The position numbers were made by a program, and so were the translations under genes. Under the pieces are notes generated by a model. It did not search any database and was not told where the DNA came from. It saw only the letters and a list, made by a program, of their open reading frames with translations. From the NCBI GenBank assembly GCA_965240325.2, contig OZ251222.1, positions 868,001 through 932,000 of the forward strand: a DNA stretch of 64,000 nt, read 5' to 3'. Below, one piece after another: positions 10,514 through 21,454 of the stretch. This DNA comes from Rebecca billardiae RCC1528 (taxonomy: Eukaryota > Protista > Haptophyta). How positions within the stretch are numbered: position 1 is the first letter of the stretch; every line of letters starts with the position of its first letter.

Positions 10514-12355
10514 TCACTTTGATCGCACGTGACTCGTGACTTGTGACCGTGACGTGACGAGTGCGATGCGCCGCAGGGAGTGCAGGATCTCGTCCACTGC
10601 GTCAGGGGCTGTGGCGCAGTGCTGGATGTTGGACTCCTCGGTATACTGAAGGCGGCGCGCCCACTGCGCCATGGCCGCGCGCCGTTCGACGATCTCGTGC
10701 CGAGGCACTGCCCGAAGCTGCTGGAGGATAGGCGCCTCGCCTGACATTGCTCCCTTCACGTCGAGCTGGATGGCAAAGCTGTCGTACGGAATGACGTCGT
10801 TGAAGGGGCGTGGCACCCACGGCGCGAAGAGCACTGGGATGCAACCGAGTACGATGCCATCGTGGAAGGACTTGCGCAGCGGAGAGTCGCCAAAGGGCTG
10901 GAGACACAAGTCGGAGTTTGCGATGATGTCAAAATCGGCGGTGCGATCATCAGCACTTGTGCTGTGGATGTCGCCCATCTTGTGCCGGTGGCTGGCGTTG
11001 CCGTAGCGCAGCGGACTCACGTCCTGCGCACCTGCCGCGAGCGCCTCCCGAAGCTCGGCACACAGCCGGACGCGCTGGCATACGCCAAAGCCAACCCGCG
11101 TGGCCAATGCCTCCTTCTGTTCGCAGCCAGCCCCCGGGCGATAGCATGACTGTGCGGGCGGCAGCTCCGCGCATCTGCCCTTGGATCCGCGCAGGAAGTC
11201 ACAGCTGCCGAGAAAGCCCACTCGGTAGCGACGCGGCGCGGACTCCACCTGCGGCGCTGCGCTCACCAGCGCTTCCATTCTCTTCAGCCCTCGGCCTCCA
11301 CCAGCGCGGGGCCATGGACGGGCGCTCGGTCTCGAAACGGCTGGGTTCGACGGCGGGCTGACAGGGGCGGGCGCGTGCATGGAGAACGATGACTGGTACG
11401 GGAGGTGCACGTCCAGCCGGTGCCAGGGCGACCCTGGCTGCAGGAGCAGCTTGGGGGCGCTGGGTTTGGCGATCTGCGCGCCGGGAGCGCCTGCGGGGTA
11501 GAGACCCCGCGCGGCGATCGCCTCGATCACGGGACGGAAGGCGCTGCGAAAGGCGCTGCACTCTTTGGCTGAGAGGCAGGCCTCGTTGCCAACGACCAAA
11601 ATGCCGTGCTCACGCGCGAGCTGCACCGTCTTCCCGCCATCACCTGTGAGGGGGTTGATGATGAAGTGAACTTGCCTACGGCCTATGCGGCCTGCAATAT
11701 CGCCGCCGCCGCCATCGGCAGCCTTCTTGGCCTCCATGTACTGGACGTACTCCTCGAACAGGGCAGGGCCATAGTTGTTGTCCAGCTCCGGGAATGGATA
11801 GTCGTCATGCGGGACGATGAATGGGAGCGGGATGTACACCAGCTCCACATCGTCCTGCACTGGTGGCAACGATACGTGTGTGGAGAGCACTCCCTCTTCC
11901 GGCACGGCCGCTGAGCCGTTGCCCGAGGCTGGCGACACGCCCGCGACCATGGCCATGGAGGCGTTGCGCTGCGCCTGCTCGTACTCGCGGAGGCGGGCAG
12001 CCAGCCATAAGGGGAGGCTGGGCATGCACGCCACGTGCATGGCGAGAGAATTGCCTTCGACGTCGTAAAAGGGGTGCGTCGTGATGAGCTGGCGGCCCCA
12101 GGGCACGGCACGCGTCAGTGGGGCGTCCCCCTTCTTGCAGCCGCCGCCGCACGGGTAGGCTCTGCCGCATCTCTGCCGCCCCCACATCCCGCGCTCCAGG
12201 GTCGCGAGCCGAGGGGGCAGGGTCGCGATTGTCACCCGCGGGCATCCGGCGTACGGGGCGATGGCAGCGGCCGCGCTGCCTCGGGTGGCGGCCACGCCGA
12301 GCGCGACGAGAACCACTCCTCGGAGACGGAGCGTGGCTCGGCGGGGCAGCACCAT
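10514..12355 (-). CDS. Exostosin-family glycosyltransferase (GT47)
   Basis: Signal/anchor; C-terminal SDLCLQPFGDSPLRKSFHDGIVLGCIPVLF...PFNDVIPYDSFAIQL...LQY...PDAVD typical of GT47. Confidence 0.88.
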   Translation of the reverse strand: MVLPRRATLRLRGVVLVALGVAATRGSAAAAIAPYAGCPRVTIATLPPRLATLERGMWGRQRCGRAYPCGGGCKKGDAPLTRAVPWGRQLITTHPFYDVEGNSLAMHVACMPSLPLWLAARLREYEQAQRNASMAMVAGVSPASGNGSAAVPEEGVLSTHVSLPPVQDDVELVYIPLPFIVPHDDYPFPELDNNYGPALFEEYVQYMEAKKAADGGGGDIAGRIGRRQVHFIINPLTGDGGKTVQLAREHGILVVGNEACLSAKECSAFRSAFRPVIEAIAARGLYPAGAPGAQIAKPSAPKLLLQPGSPWHRLDVHLPYQSSFSMHAPAPVSPPSNPAVSRPSARPWPRAGGGRGLKRMEALVSAAPQVESAPRRYRVGFLGSCDFLRGSKGRCAELPPAQSCYRPGAGCEQKEALATRVGFGVCQRVRLCAELREALAAGAQDVSPLRYGNASHRHKMGDIHSTSADDRTADFDIIANSDLCLQPFGDSPLRKSFHDGIVLGCIPVLFAPWVPRPFNDVIPYDSFAIQLDVKGAMSGEAPILQQLRAVPRHEIVERRAAMAQWARRLQYTEESNIQHCATAPDAVDEILHSLRRIALVTSRSQVTSHVRSK

Positions 12356-12469
12356 GTTGTGTCCCGCGGGCGGGCCCGTTCATTAAGGCGGACGACGCCC
12401 AAAAACAGTTTTCACAAAATACAGTCATACGCACACAGCTCATCAGACAAGCAATATTGCATGTTGTTG

Positions 12470-14202
12470 CAGTTTACTACGATTTAACGTGCACACTTTA
12501 TTGTTCGTTCCCCCTGCACTGGGAATCCGCGGTTTCGCACTATTCAGAGCGCGAGGCCGCGGCATAGCAACGCAGATTTAGTCTTCCGATTGCTCTATCA
12601 GACCACTTGAACGATCTAATCGAGCTTTCCAATTAAAAATGACGAAACCAGATCCATCCATTCGAGAAGCCAAATCCCGAGCGCGGCAAAGCCGTGGAAC
12701 AGCAGTAATCAGCCTCGTCAGCGATAGTCCGCTCACGAAATCGATGCTCTAGGAATGAGTTCTTCGCGTGCGACCGGAGGCGGGAGCCCTCGCGGGTGCG
12801 AGCACCGATTTCTGACCCGCCGGCCTGCGGCCGGGCGGCGGCGAGTGCGATGCGGGCCAGGGCGCTGCGGGCGCGGATGTGCTCGCGGAGCCGGCGTGCG
12901 TGGACGGGCTGTTGCGGGAGAGTATCTGCCGCCATCCTGCGCCGCGCGTCTTGCGCCAAGCCTCTTTCGCCTCGGCTCAGGGCAGCGCGCACGGCGCGCG
13001 CCGCCTCAACTGGCCAGCCTTGCCTGCGCCGCAGCCGACCGCGCGCGCGCCGTGCGCGGCGTGGTCGGGAAGGAACGGGCGCGGCTGCCGGGCGAGATGA
13101 CGACATCATGTGCGCACGCCATGCCGCCCCGCCACGCCTTGCCGAGCGTGTCGCCGGTCCGTTTGCACGCCTCTTCGAGTTGTCACAAATGGTGTGCGGC
13201 ACGGCCTCGCGGTCGTGACCCTTGTCGGGACGATCATTGAGACACAGAACAGTCCCAGACGGGCAAGCGGGATACTCTTCCATGAATGTTCATCACCGCG
13301 TGGTCATGTAGAAGTGCTGGGTGCGACGCTTCCTCGCGCGGATGCACTTTCATCATCTTCTTCGAGCTCAGGTCTGGCTTCAGGCACGACTGAAGAAATC
13401 AGCACTCGTCAACAGCTGTGCGGATCCGTTATCGTGCCCTTTCGCGGCGCCGCGGGGCGGCATAGCGTGCGCACATGATGTCGTCATCTCGCCCGGCAGC
13501 ACCCCTTGTTCCTTTCCGACCACGCCGCGCACGGCGCGCGCGCGGTTGGCTGCCGGCGCGGCTGTGCTGGCCTCGAGGCGGCGCGCGCGTGCGCGCTGCC
13601 CTGAGCCGCGGCGAAAAGAGGCGTGGCGCGAGACGCGCGGCACAGGAGGGCGCCAGATACTCTCCCGCGACAGCCTGTCCACGCAAGCCGGCTCCGCGAG
13701 CACATCCGCGCCCGCAGCGCCGTGCCCCGGGCGCGCCCCGCCAACGGCGCTCGGCCGCCTTCGCCGCTGCCGCCTGCCGCCGAGGGCAAAAGGTCAAGAT
13801 TTGGTCGGCCCTCGCCTGCCGAGCCGCCACCGGGGGCTCCCTGCCCTCTATCTCGTTGCGGCTCAATTTTGGGATTGCGAGACCAGCTCATCGATTGACG
13901 CACATCCGCACCCGCGAGACCTGAAAATCTTATTCGCGGGTAGCGACGGGTGCGTCCTCCGGCTGTTTTTCTTGTATGTCCAAACCGCGGATTCCCAGTG
14001 CAGGGGGAACGACCTGGTGGGTTGAGGCGTGATTGACAGTAATCTACTCACGGACACCCGCAACTTGAACTTGCCAATTGTCACCGCCCATGTTATGATA
14101 AAGCCGTCGCAGTATCTCATAATCGAATCTCGCCTGCCTATTAAAGCTGTGTGCGTCAATCTACGCCTTAACCAAGTGTGCACATTAAATCATAGTAAAC
14201 TG
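12470..14202. mobile_element. Fold-back/MITE-like element copy 1 with nested inverted repeats
   Basis: Outer IR CAGTTTACTACGATTTAACGTGCACACT (12470-) vs AGTGTGCACATTAAATCATAGTAAACTG|TA (-14202); 31-bp IR TCGTTCCCCCTGCACTGGGAATCCGCGGTTT at 12505-12535/13982-14012; ~270-bp inner arms ~12861-13132/13452-13720 around a ~320-bp spacer; core repeated at 42680-43783. Confidence 0.75.
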
Positions 14203-14282
14203 TACTGTCGATCTCGCCTGCAGCAGAGCTACCTGTGTCAGGTCTACCCACCTGTCCAGTGGCAGCAGCAGCGCAGATTCTT

Positions 14283-15526
14283 TGGCGGGCCGTACGGGTA
14301 GCGGGTAGTGCCCGGGAAAAAGATAAGAAAAAGAAAAGAAAAAGAAAATCGCCTCGCAAAGAAAAGAACGCCTCGCTCACTACCGGGCGCCCTCGCAGCT
14401 CCCACTGGGGACGCTCGGCCGAAAACCATCTGGCGCCTGGCGCGGAGCGCGTGGGCCGCGCGCGCCAAATCCAACGCCGGCGCGGACATCGCGCGAGGAT
14501 TTCCTAGACGGATTTTCGCCCGATTCGCGATTGCTGCCCTCGTCGTCTCGCGTGCAGGTCGAACGGGGGCCAAAGTCGACGCGTTTGGAGGTACGCTCGG
14601 CGCGTCGACACGATCGTGCGACCTGGGACGATCCTCGCCCGACTTGCACGGCGAGCGCTCGCACAGGCCATAGTATCAAGCGCTGCGCACGACAGCCACC
14701 TCGTGCGATCCACCGCCGCGCGTCGGGCTCGGTGCGGAAACGCATTCATCACGAGGTGTCTCGCGGGCGGGAAGCGCCATCGCACGCGAGGCAAGATTTG
14801 GCGCGGCCTTCTGAACTCGATCGCCGGAATCCGCGCACCGGACTCAGTCCTCGCTCGCGGTCCGGTCCCTCAGCCGAAGCCCACGTCCGGACTGCATGGC
14901 GTCGACGGTCACCAATGCGACGGAAGCGCAGCGCCAACGGCGTACGACGCGCAGCGGACGCACCTCCCGGGTCTGTCGCCGTGGCAGCAACCGCGTCATC
15001 GCGAGTTGGCGACCCTCGCCGCAGCGCGACACAGACAAGCCCGTGATGCCATCCGCAGAGAGATGAAACGTCGAGCATGCAACACCGCCGGGCCATCCTC
15101 GTCCATGGCGCAGGCGCTGCGGGACGAGGCAGAAGTCGTCACGCCGGTGACGGATGCGCTGCGATTCGTGTGCCTGCGTGAGCAGCTCGTGCCCACTCTC
15201 GATCGCGAGTGGCACACGCTGTCGCTGTGCGCGCGCGCGCGCACAACCAACAGCTCCTCGTGCCGCCGAGCACGCGAGCGCCAGGCCTGTCGAAGATGCG
15301 AAGAGCGACGACCGCGTGAACGGCAACGCGCTCGTGCTCAGCGAGACGTGTGTGCACGTCGGGGAGCCGCAACTTCACGTGTCACTGGTCCTTGCACTCG
15401 ACTGTCCGTCACCCACGGCCACGAGCGAATGTGGAAAGACTCGCGAACCCGCAAAGGATACGACAATGTCATTGCGACAGCACTGGCACGGCCCGCCGAC
15501 GCCCCCGCCCGCCAGGGCACAGTTTT
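14283..15526 (+). mobile_element. Element family A, copy 1 (internally deleted)
   Basis: Colinear, highly similar to 18030-19563; 5' TGGCGGGCCGTA with inverted subterminal ACGGCCCGCC at ~15488; lacks ~290 bp present in copy 2. Confidence 0.8.
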
Positions 15527-15597
15527 TTAGTTTGGCGGGCCGTATTTCAGATTGATCATTGGAACAGCTCCGCTCCGCGGCTCCGCCGGGCGGCCCC

Positions 15598-17717
15598 ATG
15601 CTCCTCCGATTTGCCCTCCTCGCCGCGGGCATGGCCCGGGCCCTGGCGGGAGAGGACCCGAGCTGTGTGTCGTGGGCGTTGGCCGGAGAGTGCGAGACTA
15701 ACGCTCGGTACATGATGGCCTCGTGCGCCGCTGCATGCGCGGCGCACGCGGCGGGCACGCTCAGGAGCGCGCCCGACGATGCCGAGCCGCAGGACTACGA
15801 GCCGGAATGCGAGGGCTACGCGCGCGGGGGTGAGTGCGCACGCAACCCAGCATTCATGCTGGAGCGCTGCCGCAAGAGCTGCGACGCGTGGGAGCGCAAG
15901 CACGGCGTCATGCTCGACCGGAAGGGCGAGTGCGTGAACCTCGCGCTGCACGGCCACTGCATCGACGACTCGGTCACGATGGCGCAGAGCTGCAACGCGA
16001 GCTGCGAGATCGCCGCCAAGTGCCTGACGCAGTCCCAGCTCAATCTGGGCGTGTGCGACAAGGCGCTGCGCTGCGAGACGACCGACCTCGACCGGGACTG
16101 CGCCGCGCGCGCGGCGCGCGGCGAGTGCGCCACGCGGCCCGTGCCAATGGCGCGCCGCTGCCTCGCGACCTGCTCGCGCGTCGACCTGGACGCGGTGCTG
16201 CGCGTGCACCTGCCCGAGGCGCCCGCGATCATCTCCCCGCGGATTGACCTGCCGCCCAGTGCGAGCCGCGCATACGAGCGCTGCGCCGTCGCGCCCTTCT
16301 TCGAGCGCACGAATCGGTACAAGCTGCACTACCCAGACGTGTGCTGGCGGCCACCGCTTGGAGGCAGCGCGGGCCCGGGTGCGAAGGGCCCGGGCGATGA
16401 CGGGCGGGCGCGCGCTGACGGGAGTGGACGTGCTCGGCGCCGCCGTGGGCCGCGCCTGCCCTGGCAGGACCGCTTCTTCGTGCGCGGCCCCGACGCCCCG
16501 GAGCGCGGCGCCGCGCACGCGCTCGGGTACGTCCATGCTGACGACCCGGAGCCATGCCCGTACGCGGCCGATCACGTCACGCCGCGCGTGCCAGGCGGGC
16601 CGGTCGTGCTGCCGCCGCAGGGGGAGTGGCACACGTCGCACGCGGTCACGCTGGTGCACGTGCTCGCGAGCCCGCGCGTGCGGCTGCTCCACGACTTCCT
16701 CGCGCCGGGCGAGGCGGACGAGATCGTCGCGCTCTCGCAGCGCACCTTCCACCGCTCGCCCGTGCGCTCGGTCGCGACGAGCAAGCGCACGTCCTCCACG
16801 GGCTTCCCGCCGTCGAGCGCCGAGGTGGTGAAGCGGGTGCGCGCGCGCGTCGCCGCGTTCTCGGGCTACCCCGACTCGTCGCTCGAGCCGATGCAGATCG
16901 TGCGCTACGAGCCGTCCGAGCGGTACGAACCCCACCACGACCTCTTCGACATCTGCGACTTTGAGCAGCGGCCGCGCCGCCACCTCACCTTCCTCATCTA
17001 TCTGTCGGTGCGTGCGCGCGCGGCGCGTGCGCCCGTGCGCCGCGTCGCGGTGTGCTCGTGCGCTCAGCCCGTCGGCCGCCGCGCTGCGCCCTCCGCGCAC
17101 CGCAGGAGCTGCCGCACGGCGCGGGCGGAGACACGGCCTTCCCTCGCCTCAACGTGCGTGTGGCGCCGCGCAAGAACACGGCGCTCGTCTTCAACGACGT
17201 GCTCGACTCGGGCTTCGACGACGAGCGCACAGAGCACGCCGGCACGGCACCGGCCGCAGGGATCAAGTACGCCATCAACCTCTGGGTACGAGCGCCGCCG
17301 ACGTCGGCCAAGAAGGGCAGCAGCGCCGTCGGAGCCGGTGGTGGCGCGGCGGGCGCGGCGCGCAACGCCCATCACGCGTCGCACGCTGCGCCCGTCGACT
17401 TTGCCGCAGAAGGCGACACATGGGCGGCGAGGATGCCGCGGGGAGGGCTCGACGGCGCCACGGGCCAGGTTGCATCCGAGATCGGGCACGCGGCGCGCAG
17501 CATGGGTGTGTCGCCAGCTGCTCTCATCGGTGCGGCTGCGGCGATCGTCCTCGCGGCGAGCGCAGCCGGCGGCCTCGGCATGCGGCGCAAGGCGAGTGCC
17601 AAGGGGAAGGGCGGTGCGGGCGGGATGCACGATGCGCCGCAGTCTCCCACGGCGGAGCACGCCGAGAGCCAGCCGAACACAGCTCGCAAGCGCAAGCCAA
17701 AGGCGGGGGGCAAGTGA
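15598..17717 (+). CDS. Secreted/membrane prolyl 4-hydroxylase with tandem ShK-like domains; intron 17008-17105
   Basis: Signal peptide; repeats CVSWALAGECETNARYMMASCAAAC, CEGYARGGECARNPAFMLERCRKSC etc.; P4H motifs PRVRLLHDFL, EPMQIVRYEPSERYEPHHD, TFLIYLS^ELP..GGDTAFP, HAGTAP..GIKYAINLW; C-terminal hydrophobic segment. Confidence 0.9.
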
Positions 17718-18029
17718 CGAATGAAAATCGTCGCGTGGACGTGGACGCCTGCCGCCCTGCCATCATCGCCCATCATGCATGTTCCAGACATCATGTTCGT
17801 CACGCGATGCTAGTATGAGCGCAGCGGATCGTCGGACAAGTTACAATAAGTAGTTGACAAGTAGTACTACGGAGTACGCGGTGACTATACTTGGGAACGG
17901 CGTGAGGGTTCGGCCGCCTCAGTAGTAGTTACTGCATGTTGATGTTCCGAGGGGCGGTGACAGTTGGCGGGCGTCAATCTCGCCTGCCTGAGCTGTGTGC
18001 GTCTTTTATTCTTATAGTTACAAACTGTA

Positions 18030-19563
18030 TGGCGGGCCGTAGGTCCGCCCCTTGTAGTGCCCGGGAAAAAGATAAGAAAAAGAAAACGAATAAAGAAAAT
18101 CGCCTCGCAGAGAAAAGAAAATCGCCTCGCTCACTACCGGGCGCCCTCGCAGCTCCCGCACTGGGGACGCTCGGCCGAAAACACAGTACCGGGTGGCGCG
18201 GAGCGCGTGGGCCGCGCGCGCCAAATCCAACGCCGGCGCGGACATCGCGCGAGGATTTCCTAGACGCATTTTCGCCCGATTCGCGATTGCTGCCCTCGTC
18301 GTCTCGCGTGCAGGTCGAACGGGGGCTAAATCGACGCGTTTGGAGCGGTACGCTCGGCGCGTCGACACGATCGTGCGACCTGGGGCGATCCTCGCCCGAC
18401 GTGCACGTCGAAAGCTCGCACCGGCCATAGCATCATGCGCTGCGCACGATGACCGCCTCGCGCGATCCACCGTCGCGCGTCGGGCTCGGTGCGAGAATGC
18501 CCTCATCACGAGGCGTCTCGCGGGCGGGAAGCGCCATCGCACGCGACGCAAGATTTGGCGCGGCCTTCTGAACTCGATCGCCGGAATCCGCGCACCGGAC
18601 TCAGTCATTGCTCGCGGTCCGGTCCCTCAGCCGAAGCCCACGTCCGGCCTGCATGGCGTCGACGGTGACCAATGCGACGGAAGCGCAGCGCCAACGGCGT
18701 ACGACGCGCAGCGGACGCACCTCCCGAGTCTGTCGCCGTGGCAGCAACCGCGTCTTCGCGAGTTGGCGACCCTCGCCGCAGCGCGACACAGACAAGCCCG
18801 TGATGCCATCTGCAGAGAGACGGGACGTCGAGCATGCAACATCGCCGCGCCATCCTCGTCCATGGCGCAGGCGCTGCGGGACGAGGCGGACGTCGTCACG
18901 CCGGTGACGGATGCGCTGCGAGGCGTGTGTTTGCTCGAGCAGCTCGTGCCCACTCTCGGTCGCGAGTGGCACACGCTGTCGCTGTGCGCGCGCGCGCACA
19001 ACCAACAGCTCCTCGTGCCGCCGAACACGCAGGCGCCAGACCTGTCGCACGAGGCGAAGAGCGACGACCGCGCGAACGTCAACGCGCTCGTGCTCAGCGT
19101 GGCAGCCGTGCACGACGCCAACGCGACCTGCGCCGAGCCCATCATGCCCGGAGCAGACATCGGCAAGCATCCTCGCGACGACCGCTCTCGGCTGGCGGCA
19201 GGAGGACATGCACATGATCTACTCTGGCGGCTTCGTCGGCGGCGAGGCGCTCGATTACGCCATCGCGGTCGAGATGCGGCACATACAGCGCGTACCCGCG
19301 CTCGCGCGGAGCAACGGGCTACCCGCCCCGCCCCGCGTGCTGCACATTCCCTCGTGGGTGTGGGCCTCGCTGATGCGCATAAGAGTACAGACTGAGACGT
19401 GTACACGTCGGGGAGCCAACTTCACGTGTCACTGGTCCTTGCACTCGACTGTCCGTCACCCACGGCCACGAGCGAATGTGGAAAGACGCGAACCCGCAGA
19501 GGATACATTGCGACAGCACTGGCACGGCCCGCCGACCCCCCCCGCCCGCCAGGGCACAGTTTT
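18030..19563 (+). mobile_element. Element family A, copy 2, containing a degenerate Ulp1/C48-like coding relic
   Basis: Direct repeat of 14283-15526; same ends; extra segment ~19098-19392. Confidence 0.8.
18862..19390 (+). pseudogene. Frameshifted fragment resembling the N-terminal part of a Ulp1/SENP (C48) peptidase domain
   Basis: Coding-like GC3 bias, frameshift near 19165; EDMHMIYSGGFVGGEALDYAIAV...RVLHIPSWVWASL resembles the Ulp1 DLxxLxxxxWLNDEVIxxY...VxxxxTFFxxKL pattern; no catalytic His/Cys seen. Confidence 0.45.
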
Positions 19564-21166
19564 ATGGCCCGCGGTGCAGGGCGGAGCGCGCAGCGTGGAG
19601 CCCGCACCAGCGGGCCCGAACCACGTTTCAAAAAGATCTTTGATCATCAGCAAGAAAAAAGGGACGGGGGGCGATTTTTAGGGCTGGCGGAGACCGAGTT
19701 TCGAGTTTTTGAGATCGCATTGAGAGGTCTATCAGGCCAAAAAAAACCGCGCCCAGCTGATTCCCTTAAGTAAAGTGCGATCTGGACGTCAGCTGGACGT
19801 GACATTAGTGTAACGGTTCGTTACGAGCGCGATTTTAAGTATATGAGATTGCCGCCAACCGCGCCAACCGATAAAAACGGCAAGGCAAGGGATCGGGAAA
19901 CTTGATCACTTCTAACTGTGAATAGTAAAAAAAAGCAGCGCGACGAACCCGGGCGCGCCGGCCCTTGATTCAGCCGCGGTCACGGCTTTCGCTCTGAGCG
20001 AGCTTTGCTCGGGCAGCGCCCACCCCGACCGGGGGACGTCGCAGCAGTGACGGCGCGTGGCGGTGGCGGGGGCCGGCCGGCCGCTGGTCTCGCCCTCGCG
20101 CTCTGCTCTCCCCGAGCGCGTCTGTCGCCTCGCAGGCCGCGCGTCTCGCCCTCTCGCTCCGCTCTCCCTGAGGCTGAGCTCGCGGCCCGCCAGTGTCTGC
20201 TGTCACCTCGCACTGCGCGCGCCACGGACACATGCGCGACGAGATCGCGGCGGGGGCGGCGAGATCGCGGCGGGGGCGACGGGCAACAACCTGCCCGCGG
20301 GCGCGTTCGTCACTCGAGGAGCAGCGCGCAAGGGCGAGCCGAGTCCGGAGCACGCTCGCGAGCTCGTCGCTCGCCGACCGGAGTAGAGCGCGCCGCCCGC
20401 CGCCGCCGAGCGAGCGGCGCGGCAGAGCTGATGAGCCGGATGCGCCCGGAGCTCGCGCGGCTGAAGGGCGAGCTCAAGCACGCGAGCTCGCGCCTCGACG
20501 CCGAGCGCGAGCTCCTCCTCAACTCGGTCGACGGCGGCGCGGAGGTCCGGCAGCAGCGTGAGGACTCACAGACAGTGTGAGTGAGCCGCGCGCAGCGGCT
20601 CAGCCTGCCGCTGGCAGCCGCCGTCTTCGAGGCCGACGCGGCGGAGGAGGCGGCGGGCGAGCACGGCGGCGCGGTGGAGCAGGCGCGCACGCGCGGCGGC
20701 AGGCGCGACGCGCCGCTCGCCTCGTTCCACCGCCCCGAGCTCCGCTCGGTCGGTCTCGGTGCGCGGCTGCGCAGCCGGCAGGCCGGCGGGCCAGCAGTCT
20801 GCAGTGGCGCGCGCTCTCGCTCTGCCGGCACGAGGCGTGCCGGCTGAGCGACCAGCGGCCCTTCGTCGAGCGCATGGCGCAGGGCGAGTACCTCAAGCAG
20901 GTGCGCCCGCTCGCGCGCACGCGCCGGCTCGCGCCGCGCCAGCGCCTCTCGCCCTGCCTGCGCGCGCGCGCCGGCCGCTAGTCCCCGCGGCGGCCCGCGG
21001 CGACAGTCCTCGGCCCGCCGGCCCGGTGGGCGGCAGTGACTGAGTTGGCGGTGGCAGCTCAGGCGAACTGTTACACATGTCAGACTGAGACAGCAGCCGA
21101 CGGAGGGTGCACCGCGGGCCCCGAACTACGTTCGTTCTACGGAAAAAGACCGCGGAACGCGGTCAT
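19564..21166 (+). mobile_element. Helentron/Helitron2-like non-autonomous element, copy 1
   Basis: 5' ATGGCCCGCGGTGCA + ~270-bp conserved core; subterminal inverted TGCACCGCGGGCC 21108-21120; 3' hairpin GACCGCG-GAA-CGCGGTC 21148-21164; same ends at 35194-36846 and 52790-54197. Confidence 0.7.
20230..20920 (+). pseudogene. Disrupted gene fragment (coiled-coil-like) carried inside element copy 1
   Basis: Coding-like run ELMSRMRPELARLKGELKHASSRLDAERELLLNSVDG, in-frame stop at 20578-20580, frameshifts, apparent donor CAG|GTGCGC at 20901. Confidence 0.45.
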
Positions 21167-21454
21167 ATAGCCTGTCGATCATCTAATCGTCTCTGTAGTC
21201 CGTGTGTACGTCATCGTCATCGACATCATGATACATCATCATCCGCTCGTAAAGTCATAATGGCCGAATCATTTAGCAGTTACGACTGCGCTCAAATACA
21301 TATAATATATACGCGGGCGGCAGCGGCGCTACGGTCGCGGGTATACTACGGCGTAAGCCGGTAGTCGTAGCATCACTCCATCAGGAGCCCGCAGCGCGAG
21401 GCACGTGTAAGACGTGTGCGTCGGCACGGTAACGCCGCCTGCTGCACTTCAAGG

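Noticed and set aside
13133-13451. Fold-back spacer as a conserved small gene
   Set aside because: Indels and stops differ between the two copies; no shared open frame is recognisable.
18193-19395. 400-aa ORF as an intact transposase
   Set aside because: GTG start, Arg/Ala-rich non-coding-like N-half, frameshifted in the sister copy, and no DDE or HUH motifs.
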